Below are positions 37,421 to 51,073 of a stretch of 64,000 bases of DNA, in pieces; positions within the stretch are counted from its first letter, which is position 1; each line of letters begins with the position of its first letter. This DNA is from Chiloscyllium plagiosum (taxonomy: Eukaryota), in assembly GCF_004010195.1 (NCBI RefSeq), contig NC_057719.1, positions 17,904,165 through 17,968,164 of the forward strand, read 5' to 3'. Below the pieces are notes generated by a model, which ran no database searches, had not been told where the DNA came from, and was given only the letters and a program-made list of their open reading frames with translations. A program made the translations under genes and the position numbers.

Positions 37421-38654
37421 ATGTTTGTCCCTATTCCCATAAAGTCATTGAGTTGTACAGCATGGAAACTGCCTCTTCTGTTCAACTCCTCCAATAAAAA
37501 AAATTGTGAAGGTTAGCTTCTAGAGGAACTCATAATGTGAGCATGTTTTAAAGGGCTTTGTTCTGCTAGCATTCATTGATGATTTGGGGTTGGATTATGT
37601 TGAGAGATCATTTAAATTTTGTGATGATATATGGAAAGCACAGCATTCAAACATGCATTAAGTGACTAAGTGAAAAAGAAAACAGAGCAAGGAAATTGAC
37701 CTTCCCAACAAATTGACATTTAAAGCAAAAACTTCTACACGGAGACAGAAAATATCTCAAACCTAAGGAAGGTCTTCCTCTTTGTCTTCATTTAATTATG
37801 GTCATTTTTTTTTACGGCTCTTATAATCTGACCTACAATAATCTTTTCAGATTTGTACAATGTATCTTTCAATTTGATATTTCCCTTAACTTCCTTATTT
37901 AGCCAGGGATGATGCATCCTATTAAACGTGTTTATCTTTGTCACTGGGATAAACCTTTGCTGTACCATCTTAGTTCAAACACAATTGCCAGCATGATATG
38001 GCCTGAGTGTTGACCTACATATTCACTTACATAACATACATCACAAAAATTGGGTTCTTGTTGAAACAGAACAACAGTCACAACACTAGTTATTTACATT
38101 GCTAACATCACAGACTTGTACATAGCCTAGGTTCTGTGCCTAATGATTTTACTGTACACCACGTACACTAAGACATAACTGACTGACTGAACACACTTCA
38201 CTCCATTGTACTGTGGATTTAGTGTAGCTACCCAAAAATATTTCCCAGTTGCTTTATATTTGACTATCATAGATTTAACAGTACAATGTATACTGTGAGA
38301 CCGTAATGCTGAGAGTATTGAGGAGCAGAGGTAAGTTTTGCACAACCCATTTCTAGTATGTCTTGGAAAAGTGCACTGTTGATCTGCAGACCATTGTCAG
38401 GAACAATTTGCGAAAGGAGACCAAAATTCTTTACTTGATTTTGGAGTTTCCTCCTTAACCAGCACAATCTCTAGACATTTCTCTCTTCCCTGAATTTGTT
38501 TCTCAAAGGCCAGAGTCACTTGACATAATATTGGCTTATCTGTCTCCAGTCAGATTTTGTTCAATAATTACTCATCAGAAATGACCAGTAGGTTAGTGAG
38601 GCAGGAGTGCGTGCACTTAAGTCCACATTTAATTGAGTATAACATCTGTGAGCC

Positions 38655-39825
38655 TTAGCTAAACAATGTCAATGGGAATCAAGGGGAAAACTCTGTTGGA
38701 TTGGAGTCATAGCTGGCACACAAGAAGGTGGCTGTGGATGTTTGAGGTCAGTCATCTTAGCTCCAGGACATTTTTGCAGGAGTTCCTCAGTGTAGTGTCA
38801 AAGGCAAAGTCATTTAAACAATTTCAGCAACAAGCTTCCTTCCATCATAATGTCATAAATGGGGAAGTACACTGATGATTTCACAATATTCAGATGTTGG
38901 TTAGGCTTGACAGTGTTATGAACAAATTGTGTCTTTGAAGATTTGAAAGAAACATGATTAGCAATGTTTGGCTGTAGATATCATGATTTGGTAATTTAAT
39001 CATTCACAACTCCTCAGATGCTGAAGCAGTATAGATCCAAATGCACTATAACCCTGACAATGTTCAGGCTTGGGCTGAAAATGTTGAAAATAAAATTCAT
39101 GCTGCATAAATGCCAGGCAGTGATCATCTTCAATTGGATACAACCTAATCATCGACCCTCAACAGTCAATAGTGTTACCATCACTGAATCTCCCACTATC
39201 AACATTCTAGGGGTTGCCATTTATCAGAATCTGAGCTGAACTAGCCATATAAATACAGTGACTTCAGGAGCATGTCAGAAGCTAGCAATCCTGCAGCAAA
39301 TAATTCACCTCCTGACTCTGCAAAGCCTGTCCACCATCTATATGATACAAGTCAGAAGTGTGATGGTATATTCCCCATATGCCTAAATGAATGCAGCTTC
39401 AACGGCACTCAATAAGTTTGACACAACCTAATACAAAGCAGTCTGCTTGATTCATACCACATCCACAAACATCCAATCTCTCCACCACCAATGCTCAGTG
39501 TGTACTATCTACCAGATGCACTGCAGATATTCACAAAAAGCTCCGTACTGTGCACCTTCTAAACCTACAACCACTTGAAGGGCAGGGATAGAAAATTCCC
39601 TTCAAACCACTTACTTTCCTGATTGAGAAATGTATTGAGTTCCTTCATTGTCACTAGGTCAAAGTCCTAGAACTTCCTCCCTAATGGAATTGTGGGTATA
39701 CCTACAGAAATGGACTGGAGCAGTTCCAGAAGGAGCTCACCACCACCTTCTCAGAGCCAACTAGGAACAGGCAATAAATGCTGACCCAGCCAAAGACACC
39801 CACATCCCCCCGAGTGACAAGAAAT
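38655..39825 (+). mobile_element. 5'-truncated LINE-T (RT C-terminal part and tail)
   Basis: Collinear with 19610-21430. Complete tail ggcaataaatgctgacccagccaaagacacccacatccc. Confidence 0.85.
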
Positions 39826-41629
39826 GACTACATTATAAATGGATGCTGTTGTTGCATTTGTAAATTATGTGAAACAAGAAAGGAACATTCAGAGGGACAA
39901 TTGTCACATCTGAGGCTGAAGAAACACACTTGAAGTTGTAGATTTAACTTAAACAAAGATGAATAAAGCTTCAATAGAGACCATTTAGCACTGCTTTTAT
40001 GTATTCTATCTGGATTGTCTGTGTGGAACCAGAGTATTTTCAATTTTTGTTCAAGTTTTAGTGTCTAATACTCAGGCCATCACCCTAACAGCAGTGACCG
40101 CAGTATCAGCAAGGCTCTTCATGGGTTCTGACAGGAAGGAATGATTGAACTCTTGAGATAGTTGAAGAATGGACTTCTGTTATACCGTCCTCGAGCATAA
40201 GTGAGCTTCTCAGGACAGGCAGCATTCACATTTCAGATGAACCTGGATGTTAGAGAAGATGAAATACAGTTAACTGAATAAGAAGTGACAATGATAAAAG
40301 AAGCTGGGTGTCTTGAAGGCAGTTTCAACAATGAAGGAGACGAAGAAAACTATTTAAATTCAGATAAAATAATGAGGTCAAGAATATCACCAGATTATTA
40401 GGATGGAAATGTGTTCTATTAAAATCAAAGCTAAGAGCTGGGAGATGTTGGTTAGGCTTGTCAGTGTTATGAACAAATTGTGTCTTTGAAGATTTGAAAG
40501 AAACATGATTAGCATTGTGTTGTTGAAGATATCATGATTTAGTAATTTAATCATTGCATTATGAGAGAGTTGTCTGCATTGAGGATGTGCACTCTGAGTA
40601 TGATCAGTAATAAGTAAATGGATAGGGTTAAATGATGTATGAAAGAGTCATTAAAATGAAGCAGGAACAGGTTGTTTACCTTTTCTATTTACCCAGTGTA
40701 TGAATGGAGTAATGCCTCCACTTGGAAAAATGCTGTATGCACTGAGGTGAACATGATTGTCTCAGTCTCAGGTCAAGCTTGTGAATATACCTGAAAAAAA
40801 TAAATGTAATATTGTTTGGGCAGTATTAGAATCTAATGAATTAAGTCTGAGAATATACAATGGTGAGGCTGTACAGTGCTAAATGTAGGTGAATGGTTGG
40901 CTCCATAACATGTTGCCAGTGTTCAAACCAAGGGAGTAATTAACTTTCCCTGTGGTTTAAAAGAATCTGCATTTGTTTATGCTTAAGCACAGCTCAACTG
41001 TATTCCATGCCATTCAAATTTAATAAAGAGGGGGGAGCAGGATGTTCACAAAGATGCATTGTCTAAGTAAAATCTAGGCTGAACTATAGAGAGATCCCAT
41101 TGAATGTGTTGTATGATGCACATGTGTGTGAGAGTTGTTATGTCTGCCTCGTACTGGAAATAACTAATGATCCATATTTGTTTTCTCCAATGAAACCAGA
41201 TATGTATCCTCTGCAGTTGTTGTACCCACAAGAGGAATTTTATTGCACTGTCCGGAAACCTGGACACTGTAAAATCATTAATAAGTGCATAAATTTACTG
41301 CTTCCTTCAGGCCCCCATAGGGAGTTTAAAGAACTGTAGCATTGGAGAATTCATTTCATACTTACTTGAACACAATTAGGTACTTTGAAGTCAACTGGCG
41401 TCTAGTTTTCAGATTAAATTCCTCTCACCTCTAGGATCTGTTTCCCAATGCAGCCCTGAGTGATTGATTCATTTCTCACTGCTGACTGTAAGAGCCAAAA
41501 TTTAGTCAGCATGTGGCCATGGAACATAACAGCTGATAATTCAGCACCAACGTTTTGAAATTGGTAGCTCTACGCAAAGCAACCTCAAGAGTGACTGCTT
41601 AGGGAATGAAAACATCAACATGGCATAGT

Positions 41630-44600
41630 GTTCTTTCCAGCCAGGGATGTGGGCTTTTCTGACTGGACCTAATTGTTCTTGAGAAGGTGGTAGTGAGCTG
41701 CCTTCTTGGCAGATACAAAATGACATTAGGGAGTCTGGATGGTGAATGGCTTGAAGGGGAGCATGCAGGTGCTGGGTTCCCATGTATTTGCTGTCCCTGT
41801 TATTCTAGAAGGAAGCGATCATGGTGTTGGAAGGTGCTCTGTAAGGATCTTTAGTGAATTTCTGCAGTGCATCGTGTAGGTGGTATACATTGCTGTTACT
41901 GAGCATCAGCAATGGAAGGAATGAATGTTTACAGATGTGGTACTGGTCAAATCAGCTGGATTGTTCTGTATGGTTACAAATTTCTTGAATATGTTGTTAC
42001 TGTACTCATACAGGCTATCTAGTCAATGGCAACTCCAAGGACACTGATGGCAGAAGTTTCAATGATGGTCATACCATTTAATATCAAGGGCAATGGTTAG
42101 ATTCTCTTGTTGAAGATAATCATTGCCTGATTCCAGTTTTGCTAGGTCTCCTTGATACCACATTCAGTCAAATGCTGCTTGGATGTCAAGGGCAGTCACG
42201 CTGACAAAATTAGTGAGTTTTGAGAAGATTTGTAGCTCGGGTTGAGGTTCTGAATGTAAGTTTGCTTGCTGAGCTAGAAGGTTCATTTTCAAATGTTTCA
42301 TCACCATATTAGGTAACATCATCCTCGAACAAACCAAACAGAGACATGTGCGAGTATTCCTAGAAGCATGGCACTCCAACTGGAACTCTATCAAGAAATA
42401 CATCGACTTGGATTCCATTTACCACTCCCAAGAAAAAGAACAGGAAATGTCATCACCATATGAAATGACATCATCATCCCAAGGAAATGTAAACACATAA
42501 ATAAAAAGCAGGCCATACCACCAGTGCTTCTCTGGAGGCTCATTGATGATGTTATTTAGTATGGTAATGAAACATCTGAAAATGAACCTTTTAGCTCAGT
42601 GAGCAAACTTACATCCATGCTGACAAACTCTCCATAGTTTACCTCTTTTTTTCCATTTTGTGTCAATGGGGTCAAAGGCTCAGTGGCTGTTGCAGAACCC
42701 AGACCGGGCATTACCGACCAGGTTATTGCTAAGCAAGTACTGTTTGATGGCATTGTGGATTTTATGTCCTGTTATTTTGTTGATGATTGAGAGTAGACTT
42801 GTGATGTGGGAATTAGGTGTGTTAGATTTGTCTGACTCTTGTTTACAGGACACACATGGGAAATGTTCCACATTGTTGGGTAGATGTTTTGGAACAGCTT
42901 GGCTACAAGTGTGGCTAATTCTGGAGCACAGTCTTCAGTATGATTGTCAGAATATTGTCAAGATCCATAGCCTTGACAGTATCCAGTGATAGCCATTTTT
43001 GAGACACCTTCCAGCTCACTGAGCTAACTTATATACTTAGTATCCAGTGACTCCAATCATTTCTTAATGTCACATGGAGTGAATCAAATTGACTGAGAAC
43101 TGGCATTTATGATGCTAGCAACCTCTGAGGAGGCCAAGTTGGATTGTCTACTTGGCATTTCTAGCTGAAGATGTTTGCAAATCATTCAACCTTATCTTTT
43201 GCACTGATGAGCTGGGCTTCCCACTTTTTAAGAATGGGGATATTTCTGGAACTTCCTCTTCTTCCTCTTCCACCTCCAGTGAGTTGAGTGATTGTCCACC
43301 ACCATTCACAACTGGATGTAGCAGGATTTCAAAGCTTAGATCTGATCTTTTGGGTTGTGGGATCTCTTGGCTCTGTCTATTCCTTTCTGCTTATGCTGTT
43401 AGATGTGCACTGTATTGTACCTTCACCAGGTTGGTACTTAATTTTAAGTTGGCCTTATTCTGCTCTTGGCATATCTTCCTACACACTTCATTGAACCAGG
43501 TTGATGCCCTGGGTACTTGGCAATGGTAGAGCGGGGATATGCCAGGCCATGAGGTTGCAAATTGTGTTGGATTCTGCTGCTACTGCTGATGGTCCACAGC
43601 ATCTCATGATTCCCTGTCTTCGATTGCTAGATCTCATTCAGCCAATATTAGTGTTGTACAATATGATGGGCCTATTCTCGATTTGAAAATGGATATTGTC
43701 TCCAACATTAATGCATGGTGATCATTATTACTGATACTGTCATGGTCATACATCTATAGCAAGCAGATTGGGGAGGATTAAATCCTTCTTGTTGATTTCC
43801 CCCAGCACCTGCTGTAGACCCATTCTGGCAAGAATGTCGTTTAGGACTTGACCAGCTCTATTAAAAATGGTGATGGACATTAAGATCTCTCACTCAGCGT
43901 ATATTTTGCACCCTTGCCATCTTCAGTGCTTTCTGCAAGTGCTGTTCAACATGAAGGAGAACTGATTGAGTGTGTTATAAAATAATCAGCAGGAGATTTC
44001 TTTACTCATTTTTGACTTGATGCCATGCAGAGTCAAGTTTCTCAAGGCAACCGCCTCCTGACTGTATACTCAGTGGTATACACAGTGCCAACACCTCTGA
44101 TAGTTCTGTCCTGCCTGTCAATGAGGACATACTGAGGGATGTTGTTGTTGTTGTTTGAGACATGTTCTGTAATGTACAATTTCATGAGAATGACTATGAT
44201 TTTCCAATATCAGCATCTACCCCCCACATGTTAGTGAGGAGGTCTTTGCAGGTTTGACAGGGCTGTGTTTACCTATTGTTGTTTCTGGTCCCCTGGTCGA
44301 TGCTAGGTGATCCAAATAGTTACATTCCATTTGGAGACTTTTTTAATGGTTTGGAACAACTGAGCACCTTATAAGACTATTTCAGAGGGAGGTTGAGAGT
44401 CAACCACAATGCTGCGGTTTGGTATCACATGCAGGTCAAGCCAGGTAAGCGAGGCAGTTTTTAGATTTTCTTCTCTAAAGGGCATTCGGTTTTATGGCAA
44501 TGGACAGTAGTGAAATAGTCATCATGTGACTTCTAATTCTGATTATTTTAAAATCTGGATTAAAGTTTCACCATCTGTCAAGGTCAGATTTGATCATATC

Positions 44601-44660
44601 CCCAGAGTATCACCTGGGTCACCACCCGAGAGAGGTTGCCACAACATCATTGCACTGTTG
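41630..44660 (-). mobile_element. Second long LINE-T copy (older, internally deleted), retaining 5' UTR/head and 3' tail
   Basis: Reverse complement is collinear with 17049-21430: head/UTR ~44380-44660, endonuclease ~43700-44260, RT ~42150-42960, tail ~41630-41720. Confidence 0.8.
42209..42615. mobile_element. PLE of a third family: inverted pLTR + GIY-YIG C-terminus + pLTR
   Basis: KQRHVRVFLEAWHSNWNSIKKYIDLDSIYH at ~42335-42425. Degenerate hammerhead ttgatgatgttatttagtatggtaatgaaacatc. TSD ca(c/t)gctgacaaa at 42197-42208 and 42616-42627. Confidence 0.8.
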
Positions 44661-44998
44661 AGGAACAACACAAACCAGTTTTCACACCACATATTGTACT
44701 TGACCTAAAAGTATGTTCTACTCCTCAGCACTGATCTCAAATGCTGCAATGTCTTCACATTCCCTATTTACTCAGAAGTCTACTTTCAACACCCAATTAT
44801 GTTTGATTTGTTTTGTTAATTCAGAGTGAAGTCTTGAGAACCATTTTCAAGATAGATCCTGCCCACCCTCAAGTCTGTTCTTGAAACTTCGCAAGACTTT
44901 GCACCAGTCACAAAATAATAATTGACAAGTGAAACCAGGACCAATTCTGAAGTAGTGAGAATATGGAACACACTGCTGTTGGTGGTTAAAGAGAGTAG

Positions 44999-47755
44999 TG
45001 TTGTGTCTCACTCATTGTATCATCGTGTGAGATCCAGGAGTATAACCTTCTCTGACTCCATTTTAACAGGGGCCACTTGAATCTTGATACACAGGTGAAA
45101 GCGTGTCTCTGTTTGCAATTGAATAGCATAATATTAGTCTGGTCACTCTAGTGGCAGTGACTGCAACAATATAATATCAATATAGTGTAAATACACAAGC
45201 TGTAATAAACATCTTTTGAATTCTTTAGCACTATGTTATTCATATCTACTTCTTAGGTTTTGGGAGCTCATTGCTCATCAGATTCAAATATCCTGTTGGA
45301 GCCAAAGCCTACATCACAGTGGCAGTTCATGGTAAGCAGCAGTGGCCATTTATAATGGAGTCAAATTTCTCAGTGGAAGACGCTCCATGAGGAACCTCAT
45401 TTACCGTAGCTAGATTACAGCTCTTAACTTCAAAGCATTCGGAAAACTAACAACGTCAATTTCCTTGAGTAGGGATCTTTGAATTGAACCAACTAGAAAT
45501 CAGAGCTACTTTATTTCTGTTCAAAATGCAAGTTCCGTCAAGCTCAAAGATCTGGTTCCCTTTTAAAGTTTTTTTCACCAAAAGACTTCCAGTATAGATG
45601 CAGACCTCTTCAAGATGAAATACAGCATTTAAAATATTAAGAAGCAGTTTTCTAAACTAACAAGGCTTGTTCAAATGCAGAGGTTGGTTAGTCCTAATGT
45701 GTTGTCTCTCCACTTCACTCCAAGCAGAGGAAATACCCCATGGCATCAGCATTCCATACTTGATACAAACATCATCTCATGGCAGTAACCTGTTACTAAA
45801 ACATGTATACATTAAAGGGAAATCTAAAGAAAGTAAATCCTAGTAAAGGAGAATCAACAAGATAAATAAAGTGAAGCAGAATAGAAAAGGGAGAAGTAAA
45901 TTCGAAGAATACAAGTAAAAGAAAGAAACATTGCACTCTAATTTTAAATAAAAGTTAAGATTGTCAATGAGAAATGGAAGGAAAACACTTAATTATGGAT
46001 TGGGCATGATATCATTACAAGTTACAGTTATTTGAGCAATCTGTGGAGCTCTCCTTTTTAGTGATTGTCAGATAAATGATCCTGAGAAGAGATCACAGAA
46101 TCACAGAATTGTTATGGTGCAGAAGGAGGCCATTCAGCCCATATTGTCTATACTGTTCTATTACCTAGGACCAATCTTCTGCCTTTTGCTTATATTCCTG
46201 TCCATCATCACTACCTCAGTAATCCTACAATATCCTCTTGATAACCCCAATTGAACCTGCTTCCACTACACTTCCTGACAATGCATTCCATACCCTATTT
46301 ACTTGCCTTGTGAAAAAATACTCACATCACTCTTGCTTTGTTTGCACATCACTTTAAATCTATGCCCCCTCATTCTTATATCTTTTATAGATAGTGGGAA
46401 CAACAGCAGATCTTTGAAAATCTTGCTTGCCATTGGCAAGGAGGGGCTATGCAGAATTAATGCATCAATTATTTCTGTGGAAGATTCAGAAAAGGTTTGG
46501 AAGCTAACAAAAGACAAGTTCAAAAATTAACACTAGGATTTACAGATGTGTCATACGGCAGAAATCCTAAGCATCTATTGGTGAGTTTGTTGCAAGATGC
46601 TGCAGAAAAGGGCATGAGTGTGATTTTTTCCAAAGAAGATTTCTTAGAGAAGCTTATTGAATTGGTCACCACCACTATATCAACTGAAGCCTGCTGGAAG
46701 GATCATCTGGGCAAAGAAATCATATTATTGATGCATTGCTTGAAGTGGGACACAAGTATGAACCTATAGTTGCAGGCAACAACAATTACATGCTTTAGAT
46801 GCAAGCAACATGTTTGTTAGAGTTAGCAAAGTGTATCAGATGAACAACGTTTGCATGTACTCAAAAGGTTGTTTCACTTTTCTTCGCTTCCAGAATGCAC
46901 GTGGCAGCAAAAGTCAAGCAAATCTGGTTTCGAAAGCCACACCAGACCCGAGACCAAAACACAACCAGCCAACAAGATGGTGCAACCACATTGGCAACAA
47001 GAAAAGTGTTAAGAACATACAGCAGTGAGATGAACTGGACAGCGAAAGGAAAATTTCAGAAGATGACAAAGCTTTCCCTATTGTTAACCTCATATAATGT
47101 ATGGCAATCTGAAGCTTTTATAGCCATCAACATCACATGTCTTGACAAGGCAGAACGACACATGTTAAAATTGACACAGACAACATATTACCATATCCTA
47201 AAGCATTTGTATCTCACTAAGTATGCTCAATATTACAAATTGTGAAAGATCATCTCTCAGTGAATAATGGATCACCAATTCCATGCATTGGCAGAATTAC
47301 ATAACACTGCCATTACACAAGTTCATCAAGGCTTCCTGCAATCATTGGTACATACCATGGTCCATTTGTGGCAAGACCACAAGGACGCCTATGTATAACT
47401 AGCTGTCTTTATTTGAGAACATTTTTACCTTTGGTCAAAGAGGAACATTGTATTATGTCCCTCAGTTACTATGCAATATGCCTGAAAGAGACATGCTCAT
47501 GACATCACTATATCATAGAATAGGACATAAGGATATAATAGTCTCAGACTCCGTCTTAACTGGGGCCACTTGAAGCATGACACACTGATGGAAGTATGTT
47601 ACTGTTGGTAAAAGAATAGCTTGGTATTAGCATGGATACTGAAGTGCTTGTAACTGTAGTTTATGTATTTTATATTAGGGGAGCAAACATAAGCATTGCT
47701 GAATCAGGTAGAAATAAACTACTGGAGATAAAGTCCACAACGTGGTGGTAGATGA
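44999..47755 (+). mobile_element. Ancient internally deleted Gypsy-type LTR retrotransposon (gag remnant only)
   Basis: Diverged direct repeats at ~44999-45329 and ~47449-47755 (ttaacwggggccacttgaa; tggag..aaag..c.aca..gtgg.ag). Primer-binding-site-like tggtaagcagcagtgg at 45330 and purine tract aaagaggaa before the 3' LTR. Gag-like KILLAIGKEGL..RQKS*ASIGEFVARCCRKGHECDF..EKLIELV at 46410-46700. A CR1 tail is nested at ~46090-46405. Confidence 0.65.
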
Positions 47756-50700
47756 TGCATTTAGACATTTGAGGCAGAAAAGAATAAATGTTTGCAATGT
47801 TGGATTTAGATGAGGGAAGATATGGGGAGGCAGGAGTGGAGCATAAACACTGACATGGACTTAGTTGGTTAGAATGTGCTGTATATCTGATGTAACACTA
47901 TCATGTAATCTTGTGGCTTTCCCCGATGGCTTTCCTGGCTGAGTTGAGCACAATAAAGGATTGACCCTGAACCTTTCCTGATCTGGTGCAATTTTCTTTA
48001 CTTTTAATTTTGCCCTGAATTTGGGCCTTTTGTTCAGTCCTGGGGCCAGAGTCAGCAGCAGTTAGGCACCTTGCCAAACTCATCATTAACATGAAAACAT
48101 CCCGTCCAGAAGTGTCATGATGTAATTGGTGATTTGGTGATCTTAACCAAAGAAAATCCTGTACGCAAATCCAGAATTCCCTAGGGATCAGCAGTCAACA
48201 ATTAGAAGAGAGAACTCTGACTGAACTTTGTCTTCTCAACCAATGGAACGTCAGGTAAAATTGCAGATGTCAGCTGGCCCCTATCTTTGCACATGGAGAA
48301 AGGGGACAATTCTGTGTGACCATCACCTCTGTCACTGACTTATCCACAATCACTGGGGAAATACGGGGAAAGACTGAATAATATTACAACAATTGCATTT
48401 ATATAGTACCTTTAATATGGTGTTGAACAGCACAGAAGAAGCTTATTGACCTATTGGGTCTGCGCCAACCTACCTGCACTAATCTCACTGATGTAGTATA
48501 AAACAGGACAAAACTGTTGCTTAATTCTCAGAGTTTTATGATTCACTGTCTGTCACGACTCAAGACGGCACACTTTAGCATTAAGGACATATTTCCCCTT
48601 AGCAGGTCAGACTTGGGTACACTGTCAAATATACCCTCTGGACTCCTAAAGTAGATCAGCATTGATGGGAAACCATGCACAGTCTGGACATCCGGATCTC
48701 GCCTCTCAGCTGGAGGATGCGGGATGAGTGATGATGAATCATTTGTCGAGAAAATGAGAGAAAACAGCAAGAATAAAGAGCCCTGACCTTCATGCTAAGT
48801 GGCCTTTCAACTCTCCCATAATTATATTTGGACATCAGTTTGCCTTCTGAATGAGACACAGATGTTTGAAGCAACCTCTGAGTTAATTAGTGCCATGGAA
48901 TTTATTTTTAAACATTTCCCTTTTAATTCCTTCCCCTCTTCACAACACAATTTTTCTTCCAAGTATAAATTCCTGGCAATGCATTGTTGATGGCGTTAGA
49001 TGGGTGCTGAACAATCCTGCAAAATCACATTCACACTACAGTGATGAGCAGCTGAAATTCAATAACGATGCCTCTACTGCACTACATTATGTAAAAAAGG
49101 CTTCTGTTCATTTTTTCCTGCCTTTGTGCATTTCCTTCTGCATCGAGCAATTCATTTGTTCAGAGTCCTTAACTGTGTTAGCATTGGGTGGTTGCTAGAA
49201 ACATATTCTGATTTATTTATACTTACCCTCTTCAAACCTTTCCCCTCTTTGAAAAAAAAACACATTCTTTATAGAACCTGCAAGAACACTGGGTTCTCAA
49301 CCTTGTGAGTCTTCAGCACAAATGATCAGAAATTACTGAAGATGTAGAGTTGAAATTCCATCTTGTTTGACCCTTTTCATCATGAAAAGGAAAAGGATGC
49401 AATAAGCAGTGGTTTTGGTAATAGAAGTTCTAAACCACAATGAAGTTTCAGAGGATTGAAATAAATCCAACCAGAAACTGATTTAACTAGTTACTTTTCT
49501 ATCACCCGTTGTGCTGCTTAATATAGATGTCATCTCTGGCCGCCTTCTATTTCACGGGACAATGGTCTGCCCTGTGGTGGTCAACTCTGTACAACATCAC
49601 CATGTCTGGCTCAGAGTCCTCACTCTGTTGAAGGCACTGGGCTGCGAAGGTGCAGAATTCCCTGGTCTCATTTTCTCTGGGCTCCCTTCTTGTCAAATAG
49701 AGGTTTGTACTTTCCCTGGTCTATTTTACCACCCCTCTGAATAGTGTCCAGAGATCAGGGCTACTGTTGCCTGTTTCCCCTTGTCCCTGTTAATATGCGC
49801 CATTTACGTATCTCGCTGGCTCATGTCCTTGCTGTGGAGGGATGTGTTCTCAGCAGGTCCTCACCAAAGACCAGGTTAAATGTGTAACTGGCTGTCATTC
49901 ACCAGACCAACATGGCTGAGAGATTACAGTCCTCATTAGCTTAGTGATCAGTACATGCAAATAGAATCAGAATAGCTCAGGAATTCTGAATTTGTGGCCT
50001 TGCCCTAAAAGATGCTAAAGGTATGTCTGAGGCAGGCATTAGCCAACTTCCATACATAAGCGAGAGGCGTAGTGTGTGGATTAGGTTCCCTCACAGTAAG
50101 TAGCCTGCAATGATCAGAGCTCTGATCTATCCTTTAGGATACTTCAGCAGTTACTGTGGTCTCAGCAGCATCTGCTGCAAATAAATTGCTATTAAAAAGA
50201 AATGTTAGTAAACGACCTATTGTGGAGGACCAAGGATAGATGCAAAAGAGCAAGCTGCCTGTGGCTACAATGGAAACAGCAGTAGTTCTGCAAGTTTAAC
50301 TTAACACATTGACTTCATAGACCAGATAGAGAGCCAAAGCCTTTGTACCTGTGACACCTCTCTCACTTCCTATATCTGCTCACCTATCAACTTCAGTTTG
50401 AAACACTCCAACACAGTGACTTGGCAAGGCTGCTCCAACAGCACCATCTAAAGCCTCGACCACTACATCCTGGAAAGAGAACGGAAGCAGATTCATGAGG
50501 ATACCATCACATGCACCTCCCCTCCAGCCACACTCCTTTGCTGTTGTTGGGTCAAAACCATGGAACTCCCTTTCGATCAGCATTGTGGTAGTCCTCAGCA
50601 TTTCAGCAGTTCAAGAAGTGAAACTCACCACCACTTTCTCCAGGGTAATTAGGGATGGATGATAAATACTGACCTAGTTAAAGTTCAATACTATAAATGA

Positions 50701-50805
50701 AAAGAAATAAAAAAAGCTTGCTTACATATGCAGACATTCTCATGTACAGAGATATACACATATACTGAAAGGTGTGAACTGTCCTGGTTATGATTGACTC
50801 AGACT

Positions 50806-51073
50806 AGGAGAAAGTGAGGACTGCAGATGCTGGAGACCAGAGTTGAAAAGTGTGGTGCTGGAAAAACACAGCAGGCCAGGCAGCATCCGAGGAGCAGGAG
50901 AATCGATGTTTCGGGCATAAGCTACTGCAAATCCTCTTGCAAGGATGCCTACCTTGAAGAAGCTCTCCTCCTCCCTCATTCCCGAAGAAGGGCTTATGCC
51001 CGAAATGTCGATTCTCCTGCTCCTCAGATGCTGCCTGGCCTGCTGTGGTTTTCCAGCGCCACATTTTTCAACT
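50806..51073. mobile_element. PLE mini-insertion with inverted pLTRs
   Basis: 13-bp TSD attgactcagact (50793-50805, 51074-51086). Arms at ~50840-50925 and ~50985-51073. Confidence 0.88.

Noticed and set aside
40693..40790. Minus-strand exon candidate after ttttttcag
   Set aside because: The peptide is unrecognised and the segment lies beside decayed LINE-like sequence. Insufficient support.
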